Assembly: GCF_009834535.1 (NCBI RefSeq)
Contig: NC_045696.1
Span: 76,510,001 to 76,574,000, forward strand
DNA from: Camelus ferus
Taxonomy: Eukaryota
Length of the DNA: 64,000 nt
Direction: 5' to 3'
Made by a program: the position numbers and the translations under genes. The notes beneath the pieces were generated by a model. It was given only the letters and a program-made list of their open reading frames with translations, searched no databases and was not told where the DNA came from. Below, piece by piece: positions 13,541-25,311 of the stretch (position 1 is its first letter; every line of letters starts with the position of its first letter).

Positions 13541-15059
13541 CCAGGGACGGAGGGGCACATCTAGGGGTGGGACTTCAGAGAATTCTGGGCATTAGAGGTT
13601 TTTAAGCTGCTTTGTGCAAACGTTTTGGAGGAAAGCCCAAAAGGACGCAAAGACAGTAGTGAAGAGGTTACTGGAGATGAGAGCCACTGCTGCTTGGTCT
13701 AAGTTCCAAATACGTATATTAATTTATCTAGACTGCTCTGAGTAGGTAATAATTTATAATGTTAAACCTCCACAGAACATTTTCCTAAAATTTATTGTGG
13801 GGCAATTCTCTTGTTACTGTTTCTTGGTTAATAGGTGGTCTAGTTGGCCTGTCTTGGTCAACATAGGAGCCCTTATCAGGGAGATCTCAATGGGCTGCCC
13901 AGGCAAGGGGCAATGCAATGAGTTCAGCAGGTATTTCCTGGAATTGCCTTTAAGCAGGACCTAGGCAGGATTTGTGAAATAAAGGAATTGCTTCCAAGAC
14001 CTTTCTGGCCCCTTTCAGGCCTCTGAGCCATGGTGGACCGAAGTTTCTCAGCTGGGCATTTTTCTTGGCCCCTTCCCTGTCTCTTTTTTTTTTTTTTTTT
14101 CTTCCCAAACTTCACATTTGTACTGAAAACTTTTCTGTCCTTTGCCCCATATCAATAACCTTCCCCTGTCTTGCATTATAAGTTGTCTCTTTGACACATT
14201 AATTCATGTTACATGTATAGGAAAGGTCTAATAATTATTTGGATTCCATGACCTCCTGTCAATTCTTAGGTTAAAAAAAATATTCTGAGTGTTATAAGTT
14301 CCCTCCCCTTTTTCCACTTCCCTGCCTTAAAACTATGCCTTTGTGTTAGTTAAGGATAGCTTTAGTAAACAGCAGTTCAAGTTCAGGGTGAGAAAAGAAT
14401 ACTGGTGTCTATGAGACAGACAGTTTTGGGCAGATGGTAGGACAATAAGCTGCCCCTCTTATAACAAAATATATAAAGCTATTTGCTTTTTCCCCCTTTT
14501 TCCTTTTTTTTTTTTTTTTTTACAGCTGTAATTCCTTATTGCATAGCTTGGCTCTTTAAAAGAGACATTATGACTGAGAGTCAAGTTTACTTAGAGGTAC
14601 AGTTTCTTCCTGCTGAGAGCAAGCTTCTCGCTCCTCTTAAAGACACCGAGACATTACATTTTTGGATACCAAGAGGAAAAGATTGCTACTCCATTTTCCC
14701 TGAAATAGAACAATACTGAATATCATTGCTCTGCAGTATTGTCATGGGCATCAGTTCCCAAATGGAATGCGGCGTGAAACAGAATTCTTGCAGAGTTGCT
14801 CATGTGCGCAGCTGTGCATGGCATAAAAATCCCCAGAGCAAACCTTCGGGTTGCCAAAAAGAGTCCCAAAGCACCTCGGTGGAGCATACCTCAGATTTGA
14901 CGAAGCACCAGCAGAATCAGAACTCTATGCCGTTTCCTTGTCACGGCGCCCCTCCAGCTCCTTGGGGGATCCCTAGCTCCAGGTAAATGGCCAACATCGG
15001 TGAGGAGGGCAGGATCAGACTCGGGTAAAATGGTGAGGTTGACTGATGATTTCTTTGGA

Positions 15060-15222
15060 GCAGCAGTTGGTAAACTATAACCCTCAGACCAAACCCAGCC
15101 ACAGCTGGAATGGTTTATACCTTTTTAAAAGGTAGGCGGGGGAAAAAAGTGACAAAGAAGAACATGGCCTACAAGCCTAACATAGTTACTATCTAACCCT
15201 TTACAGTAAAAGTTTGCTTCCC
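15060..15222. mobile_element. MER58-like hAT-Charlie MITE
   Basis: TIR-like 'cagcagttggtaaacta' / 'aaagtttgcttcccc' and 'tactatctaaccctttacag'. Confidence 0.6.
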
Positions 15223-15359
15223 CAGCTTCTGAGCCCCTCATGTCGCTTTCTCTGCTCTCGCTTCTCTGTACCTGCTCTCTGACTTCTTAGCAGGAAGAAG
15301 TCCAGCCTGGCCCTCAGCTTCAGGTGGATTTACTCACTAGAGCTACCTTCCTACCCAAA

Positions 15360-15900
15360 GGCAACCCCACGTGCCCGGCTGCCTTTCGCCCTCGGAGTGA
15401 GGACCGCTGTTCCGCTTCTTCCCGTCCTTCCCGCCTACTCCCTTCCCCTGACTTCTACCAGGCTTCTACCGTGTGCTATGGCCTGGAGCTGCCCCCGCCT
15501 CGGGTTGGGGGGCTGGGAGGGGCAGGTCTCAATGCCTGCGGGCAAGGGTTCCTGCAGCAGGCGCTTCTGGAGACCGAGGGGCTCGGCTCATGCAGCCTCT
15601 GCAGGAGCAGTGGAGAGGCCTGCTCCTTGAGACTTCCATGGATGATGACACCTGCAGCCCTAAGAGAGCCTTCCCAGCCCCTCCGGGCTCGGCTTCAGAC
15701 CCATGATGCTCTCTGGCTGCAGCCCTTCAGCAGCCCTCGCCCCCACCCTGCCCCGCCAGCGCCCAGCCCCCGCCAGGCTCGGGTCGGTCGTCTGCCGTGA
15801 ACTCATCCGCCTGGATGAAAATCCAGCTCTGCCATTCGCTAGCTGGCGAACCTCAGGCAAGTCGCGTAGTCAGCCTGCGATTCGGTTTCCTCATCTGTAG
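15360..15900. promoter_or_regulatory. Small GC/CpG-rich patch (candidate distal promoter or enhancer)
   Basis: Visibly high GC and CpG relative to flanks, GC-box/KLF-like 'cccccgcc' and 'ccccaccc'. Confidence 0.55.
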
Positions 15901-16030
15901 ACGGGGGAGGTGGGGGATAATAATAGTTCCTCATTCAGCCGGCTGTGGCGAGGATTAAATGGGTTAATCTGCATAGAATTGTTTTGAACAAGGCCTAACA
16001 CATGGTAAGTACTTAATAAAATGCTTGCTG
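15830..16030. mobile_element. MIR SINE
   Basis: 'ggcaagtc...ggtttcctcatctgta...ggggataataatagt...gaggattaaatg...taagtacttaataaa'. Confidence 0.8.
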
Positions 16031-18819
16031 TCACTGCTATTGGATGTTCCGAGGCTAAGCTGTGTCAGGGGCTGGTCTTGGCCCAGGTCTCCACTTCCTC
16101 TGGCTACCGCTCACAGTGACCTGCTCCCCCGCCCTAGGCCGTGCCCCGAAGGTAGGTGAAACAGTTGAAATGTGTTAAAGGTTTCCCATAATGACTGAAA
16201 ATACCTTGCTTTTGTATGGAGGCTGTGATCTGCTTTCACAAACAGTAATTAGATGCACGGACAGCCCTGTGAAATAGCTGGCATCTGCTAGGCACCGAGA
16301 GATGTTGACTGAAGGACGGAGATGAACTGTGAGGCTGCCAGTTAGTAGGATGGTCTGGTGTGGCTGATGGGGCGCTGCAGAACTGGTTGATAAATACTCT
16401 GAATGGCCACTCCGGAGCAATGTTGTTAACGTGGTTCCTGTTTTACTAACAAGGAAGCTGAGTTTCTGAGCCGGCTGATGCCTTGTCTAACATCACAGGC
16501 AACTTGGGTAGAGCTGCTCCCAGAAGCCAGTACCACTGACTTCTAAACCAGCCGTGTGGCCATTACACCCATCACTAAATACGTATGAAATCAAGTTAGT
16601 TTTATTTTGATTCAGAAATAATCTGGGTACTGGCATGCACAGTCTTCCTTAAGTATTGTGCAAGGAAGACCACAACATCAGGAGGCTGTAGAAGAAGAGG
16701 GAGGGACTGACTGCCTGCGCCCCAGGACGAGTCCTCCGAGTCTTTGCAAAGGACAAGTGATTTTCAAGATTGTAGGAAGGAAGTGAGTGAGCACAAGGCG
16801 CTCAGTGACTTCCCCTCTCTTTTTGGAGGGGACTTGCCACAGGACACACAGTTTTTCTCACCCTTTGCCCCTGGGTGAGCAGTTTCCCTGGTGGCAAAGG
16901 GCTGTGACTGTTCAGTTCTGTCTGCGACTAGGTGGGATAAGTTTAGGGGAAGAGAAATATTAGGAAGCCCATTTAGTTGTATATCTAAGCTTTGATCTCC
17001 AAAAAGTAAAAAATAAAAGATCAAAAATTAAAATAGAAACATTCTGCCAAACTGAACAGTTTACCAAATGTGCTCCACAGAATACTATCTTTCAAGATTT
17101 TGAAAGGTATATCTTTTAAAAAGGGGTTCAATGGGCTTATAAGATATTCATACTGCAAGATTTCTGTCTTTAATTTGCTAAAGAACATTGCAAATCTCTA
17201 GATGATGGATTTAACATGTGAGATTTCCCAAACTTCTTTAATGTTGAACCCTTTACTCCCCAAAGCCCAGGCTCTGTGCCCATGATGAGTGGAAAAGTTT
17301 GAGAAATCTTGACATAAGGTCATTTGGGGTACTCTTCTCACAAAGTGAAGTCTGCTCACTATCCAGTGGCTATAATAAAGGTGTGTGTGTGTGTGTGTGT
17401 GTATGTTTGGTCAGAACTGCAGAGCCAGCCACAGACATGAGAACATGCACAGTTAATTTCTGTAAGAATAGTAGTCCCATCAGAGAAGAAAAAAATGAAA
17501 ACAATTCAGAATAAAATGAAGGAGTGTACATATTGGTTGAATCCAGCTATGTTTGTCAGCAATGTAGCAGTAGGGGTACAAATACAAATCACTTGGAAAA
17601 AGTAGGTGCAGAAAGCATCTATGGACAAGGACTGTGGCAAGACCACCCATTTGAATACAAGCACTTGGGGTTCCCACCAGCTGGCATGAAGGGGGGTTCA
17701 GCAAATTTTATTAGCTGTGAAAAATACTGCCCTAATGTCTGCATCCCCAGCCAGAACATCTCAGGACAATTAGCCACTCATTCCAACTAACTAACCTGGG
17801 CCAGTAGAATTATTTATTTAAAGCATGTTTCTTTTGGCCTCAGTAAAGCTTAGAGATAAGTATCTCAACAGTTACTTAAAGCTTACTTACCTAAACTTTT
17901 TAAGTTTACTAAAGTAAACTCATAATACTATTTATCATTTTTATTCTATGCTTAGAAATGATTTGTGCATATCTGCATATGGTATTTTAAACATTTGTAA
18001 ATGTTAAACATTTTAGAATGCCTAGCAGGTCATCCTTGTGATGACAATTTAAGCCATCTATATGAGCTCTGTAGCTCTATATGATTTAGATTTGTGATTT
18101 CAAGTGATAAGATATGAGAATTTTATTAAACCTGTCAGTGTTTTTGTAATACTCAAAAACCTTAAGAATCACCTGTATTTTATACTTAGTTTATCATATT
18201 TATGAGCATTACTTTACTTGTGATTCTTTTGTTTGTTGAGCAATGAAGTATTTTAAAAAGAAGATTGAATACATTAAATGTGTAAATGCAGTTTAATAAT
18301 TCAAAGGAATTTAATTAACCAAGTTGTAAACAGTCCCCTCAAAAGAGAGACTTAGACATGGGACTTGAAATTGAAAGCTTAAAGGAAAACTAGGTTTTCA
18401 AATTCATAATAAATGAAACTGAATTACTGTATATTGTCTTATTTGCCCACAAAACTTGTCTTCAAGAACACTCCACACCCTAATTGCCATGTGGGGGCAG
18501 GGGAGGTGGTGGTGAGAGGTAGGGAGTGTGTGGGACAAAGGTCTTCCTTGTGGAATCAGTAGATGCACTAATAGTATCAAAGGTGCAAGGGAGGGAATCC
18601 AGTTGATTGATTATAACCACTGCATTCACTAAACATTTTTTTGAGATTCTGATCTAGAAAATGTGGGTCATACAAGTGTGATTAAGACACGGTTCCTCCC
18701 CTGAAGCAGTTTCTTCTTTTTTCTACTTTGCATTTCTCTCTCTCCCCATTCATGGAAGGACTTGGCAGCAAACACTTGCACTTTCTTGCCTTGATCTGCT
18801 TAGCTTCACTCAGTGGAAA

Positions 18820-19040
18820 AGCTGACATGGCACTCAGACAGCCTTGAGTGCAAATCCTTGTTTTGCCATTTGCCACATGAACTTAGACAAACTATTTAGT
18901 CTCATTCCTTTAGTTTCCTCAGAAGTCAAACTGAGATAGCAATCTTATTTACTACCTCTTCAAGTCTTTGAGAAAATTAGGGACAGCAAAGATAAAAGTT
19001 CTTGGTAACAAGCAGCAAGCTTCAATAAATGGCAGCCATT
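18820..19040. mobile_element. MIR SINE
   Basis: 'cagccttgagtgcaaatcct...gccatttg...ttagtttcctca...caataaatggcagccatt'. Confidence 0.65.
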
Positions 19041-19189
19041 AGTATGATCTGTTGTTTCCATCAATGTCCTTGTACAAATAGAATGTCACCTAATGTCCAC
19101 CTGGGATACAATGTTTAGGCTTCTGAGTCCATCAAGAGCAGGGGAGAAATTTGGGGGCAGGAGACAGTTGAAGGTAACAGAGAACTCTT

Positions 19190-20590
19190 CTTTACCTACA
19201 CTCACTCTCTAGACAATTGTACCTTGACCTATGATTTCAAATATCCTTACCTAACTGACGAGTCCCAACATTATATTTCCAGCTCCAGTACCTCCACTGA
19301 ACACAAGATTTGTATATCTGGCTGCCTATTTGACAGCTTCCCAAGACTGTCTGTTAGTCACATCAAACTCTAAAACAAAACTCTTGATTTTTTCCTCTCA
19401 CAAACTTTCTCCTCTCCCAGCTTTTCCCTTCTCAGTAAATGGCCATTTCATCCCTCCACTTGTTTGGTCTAAAATCTAAAGAGTCATCTTTGACTCTTCT
19501 GTTTCTGTCACACGCCACAAATATATTTCCTGATCTCCCCATTTCTCATGTACACAGAGCTGAGCTTCTTCCAGCCAGCTCCTACCACCATGCCCCATGC
19601 TGCCATCCTCTCCCTGGGATTTCTGCACTAGCCCCTAACTAGTTGTCCCTTTCCACTGTTGCACTCTGACGCTTGATACTCTGCACAGTAAAACAGAAGT
19701 CGGTCACTTCTCCATCAAAATCTTCTAATGGCTTCCCATCTCCTAAGAAGATAAAGGCTTTCACATCTGGCTCGTGGCTCCCTCTCCTTCCACTCCTTCA
19801 CTGACCTCGAGCCAGTCAACCAGAATCACTTTTATTCCTAGAATTCCCCACACTTGCTTTTGCCTCTGTTCCTTTGTACTTGATATTCGCTTCAGCCTGG
19901 AATGCTCCTTCTTCTGATATTTGCACACTCACCCCCAACTTCCTTTCACTTTCTGCTCACAAGTCACCTTAACTGAGCAGCCTCCTCTAAATGCCCTTAA
20001 AATAACATACACCCCCAGCCCTCTCCCCACCTTATTTTACTTAAGCTTGGTACCTGTCATTTGCCTGACTTGCTAGCAGTTTATATACACTCATATGCCC
20101 AAGTTCCGGCCGCTGGAGTCCAAGTGGAAGTGATAAGTACAACCGCCAGGACAAGTCCTGAAGGAGAATACGTAACTCTTCTATTTCTTCTCCTTTCTGA
20201 ACCAATGGTTGGAATTTTAATGTGATGGCAGGAGCTAGAAAAGCCATCTTGAAACACCAGATGGAAGATATGTGTTGAGGTAGTAGAACAATCTGGGTCC
20301 TTGACACCGTATCAGTTCTAGAATGCTTATATTTGAATGACCACATAAGAGAATACACTTTTATCTTGTTTAAGCCATTTTTTAAAAAATTGCCTTTGTT
20401 ACAGAAGTCAAACTATAACTTAATACAGACATATTTTTTGTAAGTGTGTCTGGCCCTCCCATCCCCCACCTGGTGGGGCTGGAATGTAAATTCCATGAAA
20501 GTAGGGGTTGTGTTCGGTTTACTGTAAACAGCTTCTTGAAAGATGCCCAGCACACTAAGCATTCAATAAATGTTTGTGGAATGAATGAAT
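19190..20590 (+). mobile_element. L2 fragment interrupted by an LTR at ~20050-20427
   Basis: L2 motifs 'atatttccagctcc', 'tctcagtaaatggc', 'cctggaatgctc' and terminal 'caataaatgtttgtggaatgaatgaat'. Confidence 0.8.
20050..20427 (+). mobile_element. MaLR/ERVL solo LTR (MLT1J-like)
   Basis: 'gagctagaaaagccatcttg...ttgtttaagccatt...tgttacag...taataca' LTR 3' end. Confidence 0.65.
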
Positions 20591-23048
20591 AGCAAAACCA
20601 TCAACATAATACAGGGCCTTAAGCACTGCCCTGAGGAAGCACATGGCTGGTCAGTATAAGTGGTACAGCAAAAGCTCTGTGTGGGGTTGGTTTTCTTTTC
20701 TGACTAATCACAAAGGCAGGATACGACCTGCTATTTCCATTATCTGAGAAGCATAAATACTTGTAAGATGATTGTGTGTTGCTTTTGTAATTTAAATGAA
20801 GACTCCCAAGTAAAGTTCATTGTTGTAATGAAATCGGGTCACAGAGTCATGGAAAACTGTCACAAGGTTCACACTGATGAGGAAAGGTCACAAGTCGCAT
20901 GCTAAGCACAGATGGAGAAAAGGAGCTTGTGTGCCGAGATCTTGAAATGTGTGGCTGAGACATGCATCAGTGCGGCTGGCAATAGCTGATAGCTGGAAGA
21001 ACCACAGACAAAGAATTGCACAAACTGAGTCAAAATGAAACAGAAATGTATTACAGGGTACCAGCAAGACGCCTAGGGGTAAATGCTGCAGACATAAAGC
21101 CACTAAGTTCCTGGGTGAGTAAGAATACAAAAAAGAGTTATAGTGCCAGGGTAATATTTTTGGTATCAAATATATTTTTCATGCTATTAAGTTGGTTTTG
21201 AATATTTTAATTATATAGGTCAGCTAATGTAAACAACTGTAAACATCATGGTGGCTTTAAAAATATAGTAATGAGATCATGTAGGCCTGGGATTAAACCA
21301 CCTTAATTTTAAACGGTTCTGTTTCCTGAGTGATGAAAGTTGCAAAGGTGTGGGCTATCTTGCCATACCACACCCCTGGATGCAATATTACTGAAATAAA
21401 ACAAGTCAAGATTTGTTTAGCCATTTTATAATACACATGCAACTTCTGGTAACAGTTACTGGTATGAGGTTTCTCTTTGTTGAGTAATTAGCTAGGAAGT
21501 TCAAGAGAACTCTCTTAATAATGTGCCTCTTTGCTTTAAAATTTCTTAGTAACAGTGTAATTTCTCCTTTCTAGAAACATATTAACATTTATATTCAAAG
21601 CTTAAGGACAGCTTTTAGATTAGGACAAAGCACTGAAAATTAGTAACAACAGTTACTTTTGTCCTTACCTCACTCTTGTGCCTAATTATGGCTTGCATTT
21701 TGGTGAGGTCTCTAGATGTGCTGGGATGAGTAGAGGGTAGGGTAACAATACATGTGACTTTTGTACAGTGGCTTATTTGAGCATTTCATGTAGAAGCTGT
21801 GGTATTATATCAGATAGATTCTAGAATATAAAAATCAAATGAACAAAATATGGCCTCATTTAAAACCCCTTTGCTGGGAGGATCAAGGCTTTTGCACAAT
21901 TAGTGCTTTTTTTGTCCAAAGGGTACTTAAAGTTTGTCTCCAGTGAGCATGGGGCATGAAGTGGGACAAGTTTTGGCACAGGTGTCCACCTTTGGTGACT
22001 TTTATCATGAAATTCAAATGAAGTCATTTATGCACAAAAATACCTTGTAAACTACAAGAATGTAAACCAATGCATGGGTTATTTTTGTCATTGTGATAAT
22101 AACAACGAAGGAGTTTGTTAGGAAAGGAGGCAGCTTAGTGTAGACAGCTTAGTGTATGGTAGCTTAGTATAAGAATTTTGGGGCTGGAAGCCCTGGACCC
22201 CGTGAACCTGAGGGAGAGTGGGCCCTCCTTTCTGAAGGGAGAGAATGAGGTCATTTTGAGGGAAGATTAGTCTGGAGTCCCAGGTTTGGAGATAACCCTA
22301 TTAAGAATCAGTGTAGTTGGGAAGTCCTCACTTACTGGATGAGTGAGTGGTTTGTTTTTACAGCAGTTGCTGCTTGGAGAGAACCCATGCTTGGTGCACA
22401 ATGAAACTTCAAAAACAAGCCAGGCCAATAGTCTTGTTTCATTGGGTAGCTCAGATAATGAACCCTAGTTGTGCTGTTACAGTTTGCTAATTGAAGACAG
22501 GACTATGATTAGTAACAAATGTAAGTAATTAATCAATGCTTAAAAATATTTGGAAAGAAAAGGGAATATACTATATTCTCATCACTTCTGGAGTCTTTGC
22601 AAAGGGGCTAGTTCTGTAGTAAATAAGCCTGAGCTTAGGATCTTACTGAAATGCAAAACTAGCTCTCTTTGTGCTGTTCCCTGTACATGCAGCAGTGTTT
22701 TGGAAACCTGCAGTTATCTAAATTCCCATCGGGTGACATTGTTTAATCTAACATTCCCTCTTTCGTATATGAAAGTAGCTCTAAGGACAAACCACGGAGA
22801 TGCTTTGAACTCTCTTTCTGGTGGTTGGGAGGGAGTTTCCAATCTCACTCCCTTTCCTCTGATGGTTTTCCTGCCCCCCCACCCCCCAAAGGTCTGGAAA
22901 GGCCTCTGGCTGCTCCTCCCTCCACTCTCCTCCTGCAAGGGCTCCTCAGGGGCAGGAGCCTTTGACCTTGGCCAAAAAAAGCATGTCTCATCACTGAGTT
23001 TATGAGCTTATTAAGCAACCCAGATGTGTAAAAGTTACTTCAGATGAA

Positions 23049-23052
<4 letters not shown>

Positions 23053-23098
<46 letters not shown>
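23053..23098. repeat. (TG)23 microsatellite
   Basis: Read directly. Confidence 0.98.
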
Positions 23099-23101
<3 letters not shown>

Positions 23102-24411
23102 AGGTCTATGATATTAATTGAAAGGAAAAGACTACTGCTTTAAAATAGTGACTACATCGATTTCCAAATATTTTGATGAAAGCACCGAAACAGAAATCTT
23201 CACCTAAAAAGGCTGCAAAAAATTTTACTTTGAAGATTGCAATAATTGAAAATAACAACAAAAAGGTTTCCTTTAGGCCAAATCTTAAAATGGTAAGCTG
23301 CTTTCTATACCCCAGGCTTATATAAAGGTCTCAGAAGACCCCCAAGCCCTGCTTTTTGAGGGCCTTATAAAAATAAACACATTTGTTTGAAAAATTGGGA
23401 GGTGCCTCGCTTTTTAAAAACAACCCGTTGCACTGTCTTTCTCCATCATGTCACATTATCACTCATCTAAGTTGTATGCTATTAAACCACCTTGATGTGC
23501 TATACACATGCGAAAAGTACACGAAGTGGATAAACTTCTACTGTCGATGCTGCCGTAGAGGTATATGTTTAGTAAACATTTAGTTACATTATTTTATTTT
23601 TGTGAAATGCTAACTGATCGACCAAACCTTTCAAACAGACCCACCAGACGATAAATACCACCATATGTTTAATCCACAGTACATTTGGGCATAAACACTT
23701 CAATTACAGCTTTGTGTTTAGTATCAAAACCCCTTTCTTGTGTGCGTGTGTTTTCTCTACAGATCCTGTGCTCTGGATTACATTTTGAAAATCGCTTATT
23801 ACAGATAAAGCACCTTTCCAGGTACGATTCCGAAAAACATATGTATTTATGCACACGAAGGTGCGTGCGGATCTTTCCCAAACAAATGTCCATATGATGC
23901 CTGCGCCGCGCTCCCCGCACACGCTCACCGCGTGCGTATGGCCCGCCGGCCGCGCCGCGCAGCCGGGGTGCCCGCAGGGCCAGGCTGACCCCGAACCCGC
24001 GGGAGCCCCACTGGCCTCCCCAGGAAAGTTAACCGGCGTTGCCCCACCAGCGGCGGCGCGAGCTCCCCGCCCCCACCGGGCCTCGGGCCGCGCGGCCAAC
24101 ACCCAGGCCGCCCCGCACCCGGCCGCGCGCGGCGGTGGGGGCGGTGGGGGCGGCGGGGGCGGGGCGGCCGGGGCCCCAGCGGCGCCTCGGAGCGCCTGCG
24201 GGCCTTTCTTTCTTTTTAAAAGCCTGCGCCGCACCCGCCCAGCCCCCAGCATCGCCTTGGCGGGCGGGAGGGAGAGGAGCAGGGCCGGCGGAGGCCCCCC
24301 CGCCGCGCCGCCGCCGCCTCCCCGCGTCCGCGGCGCCCCTCCCCCGCCGGCCCCTCCCCCGCGCGCCCGCCCCCCCCCGGCGCAGGCCGCTCGGGTTTGT
24401 TTTGCTGCGCG

Positions 24412-24456
<45 letters not shown>
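24412..24456. repeat. (GCC)15 pure trinucleotide repeat
   Basis: 15 uninterrupted GCC units counted. Confidence 0.97.
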
Positions 24457-24458
<2 letters not shown>

Positions 24459-24499
24459 GGGCCTAGCGAGCTCATTTGTGCCTGGCTGGTCCCCATTCC

Positions 24500-24898
24500 T
24501 CTCTCCCCAGTGTTGAGTGTCTGAGCCGTTGGCTGCTCCGAACCGCTTGGCTCTTTCCCTTAGTAACAGCTTTTACCTTCTGCCTCAATTCCTCTCCCCG
24601 CTCGCGCCCTTCCCCCGCGCGCCGCCTCCCCCCGCCGCCGGCCGCGTGCGCCCCCGCCCCTCCCCCCGCGGCGGGAGCACCTCCGCTCGCCACCTGGGGA
24701 CCCGCGCCGCGCTCCCCGCCCCCGCCCGCCCGGCGCCCATCCCCCGCGCCCTCCGCTCGCCGGGGTTATAATTGCCTCTCACCCCCCGGAGGGGTTATTT
24801 TGGGGGTGGTTGGAGGCGGTGGCGGCGGCGAGGAGGGGAATTTCCTTGTGCCTCCATTCCCGGGAGGGGGGAGCGGCGTCGGAGGCCACCGTTCCCAG
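24500..24898 (+). other. TBL1XR1: Non-coding first exon (5'UTR) of TBL1XR1, an NCoR/SMRT corepressor WD40 subunit; start approximate
   Basis: 'ggggttataattgcctctcaccc...gaggaggggaatttccttgtgcctccattcccgggagggggg...ggaggccaccgttcccag' matches my memory of the human TBL1XR1 mRNA leader; ends at CAG|GTAAGC; no ATG in the exon. Confidence 0.8.
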
Positions 24899-25251
24899 GT
24901 AAGCGCCGGGGGCCGGACCCCGAGGTGGGGGCGGCCGCGGGCCGTGGCGGGGGGCGCGGGCGGAGAAGGCCGGGGGACGCCGGGCCGCGGGGGGATGGGC
25001 GCCGTGGAACATGCATTTTTCAACTTGGCCCTTCAGGGAGCCAGGGGCTTGGTGGGGGAGGGGAAGGAAGGGAAGGCATTTAGGGTGCCCCATCCCCCCT
25101 TTTTGCTCTCCCTGGCTTCTTTGAAATGCTCACGTGCCTGCCCACCCCCTACCCTTTCCCGGTCCCGGGGGATCCTCACCCTTATTATGTTGTTGTTCCC
25201 GAATTGTGCACCTCGGCCTTCTCCCCCTCTTCCACCCTTCGTGCATTTACA

Positions 25252-25259
<8 letters not shown>

Positions 25260-25311
<52 letters not shown>
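25260..25311. repeat. (TG)19(TATG)3 microsatellite
   Basis: Read directly. Confidence 0.97.

Noticed and set aside
15324..15900. 158-aa and overlapping ORFs
   Set aside because: GC-rich patch, GTG start, no recognisable protein
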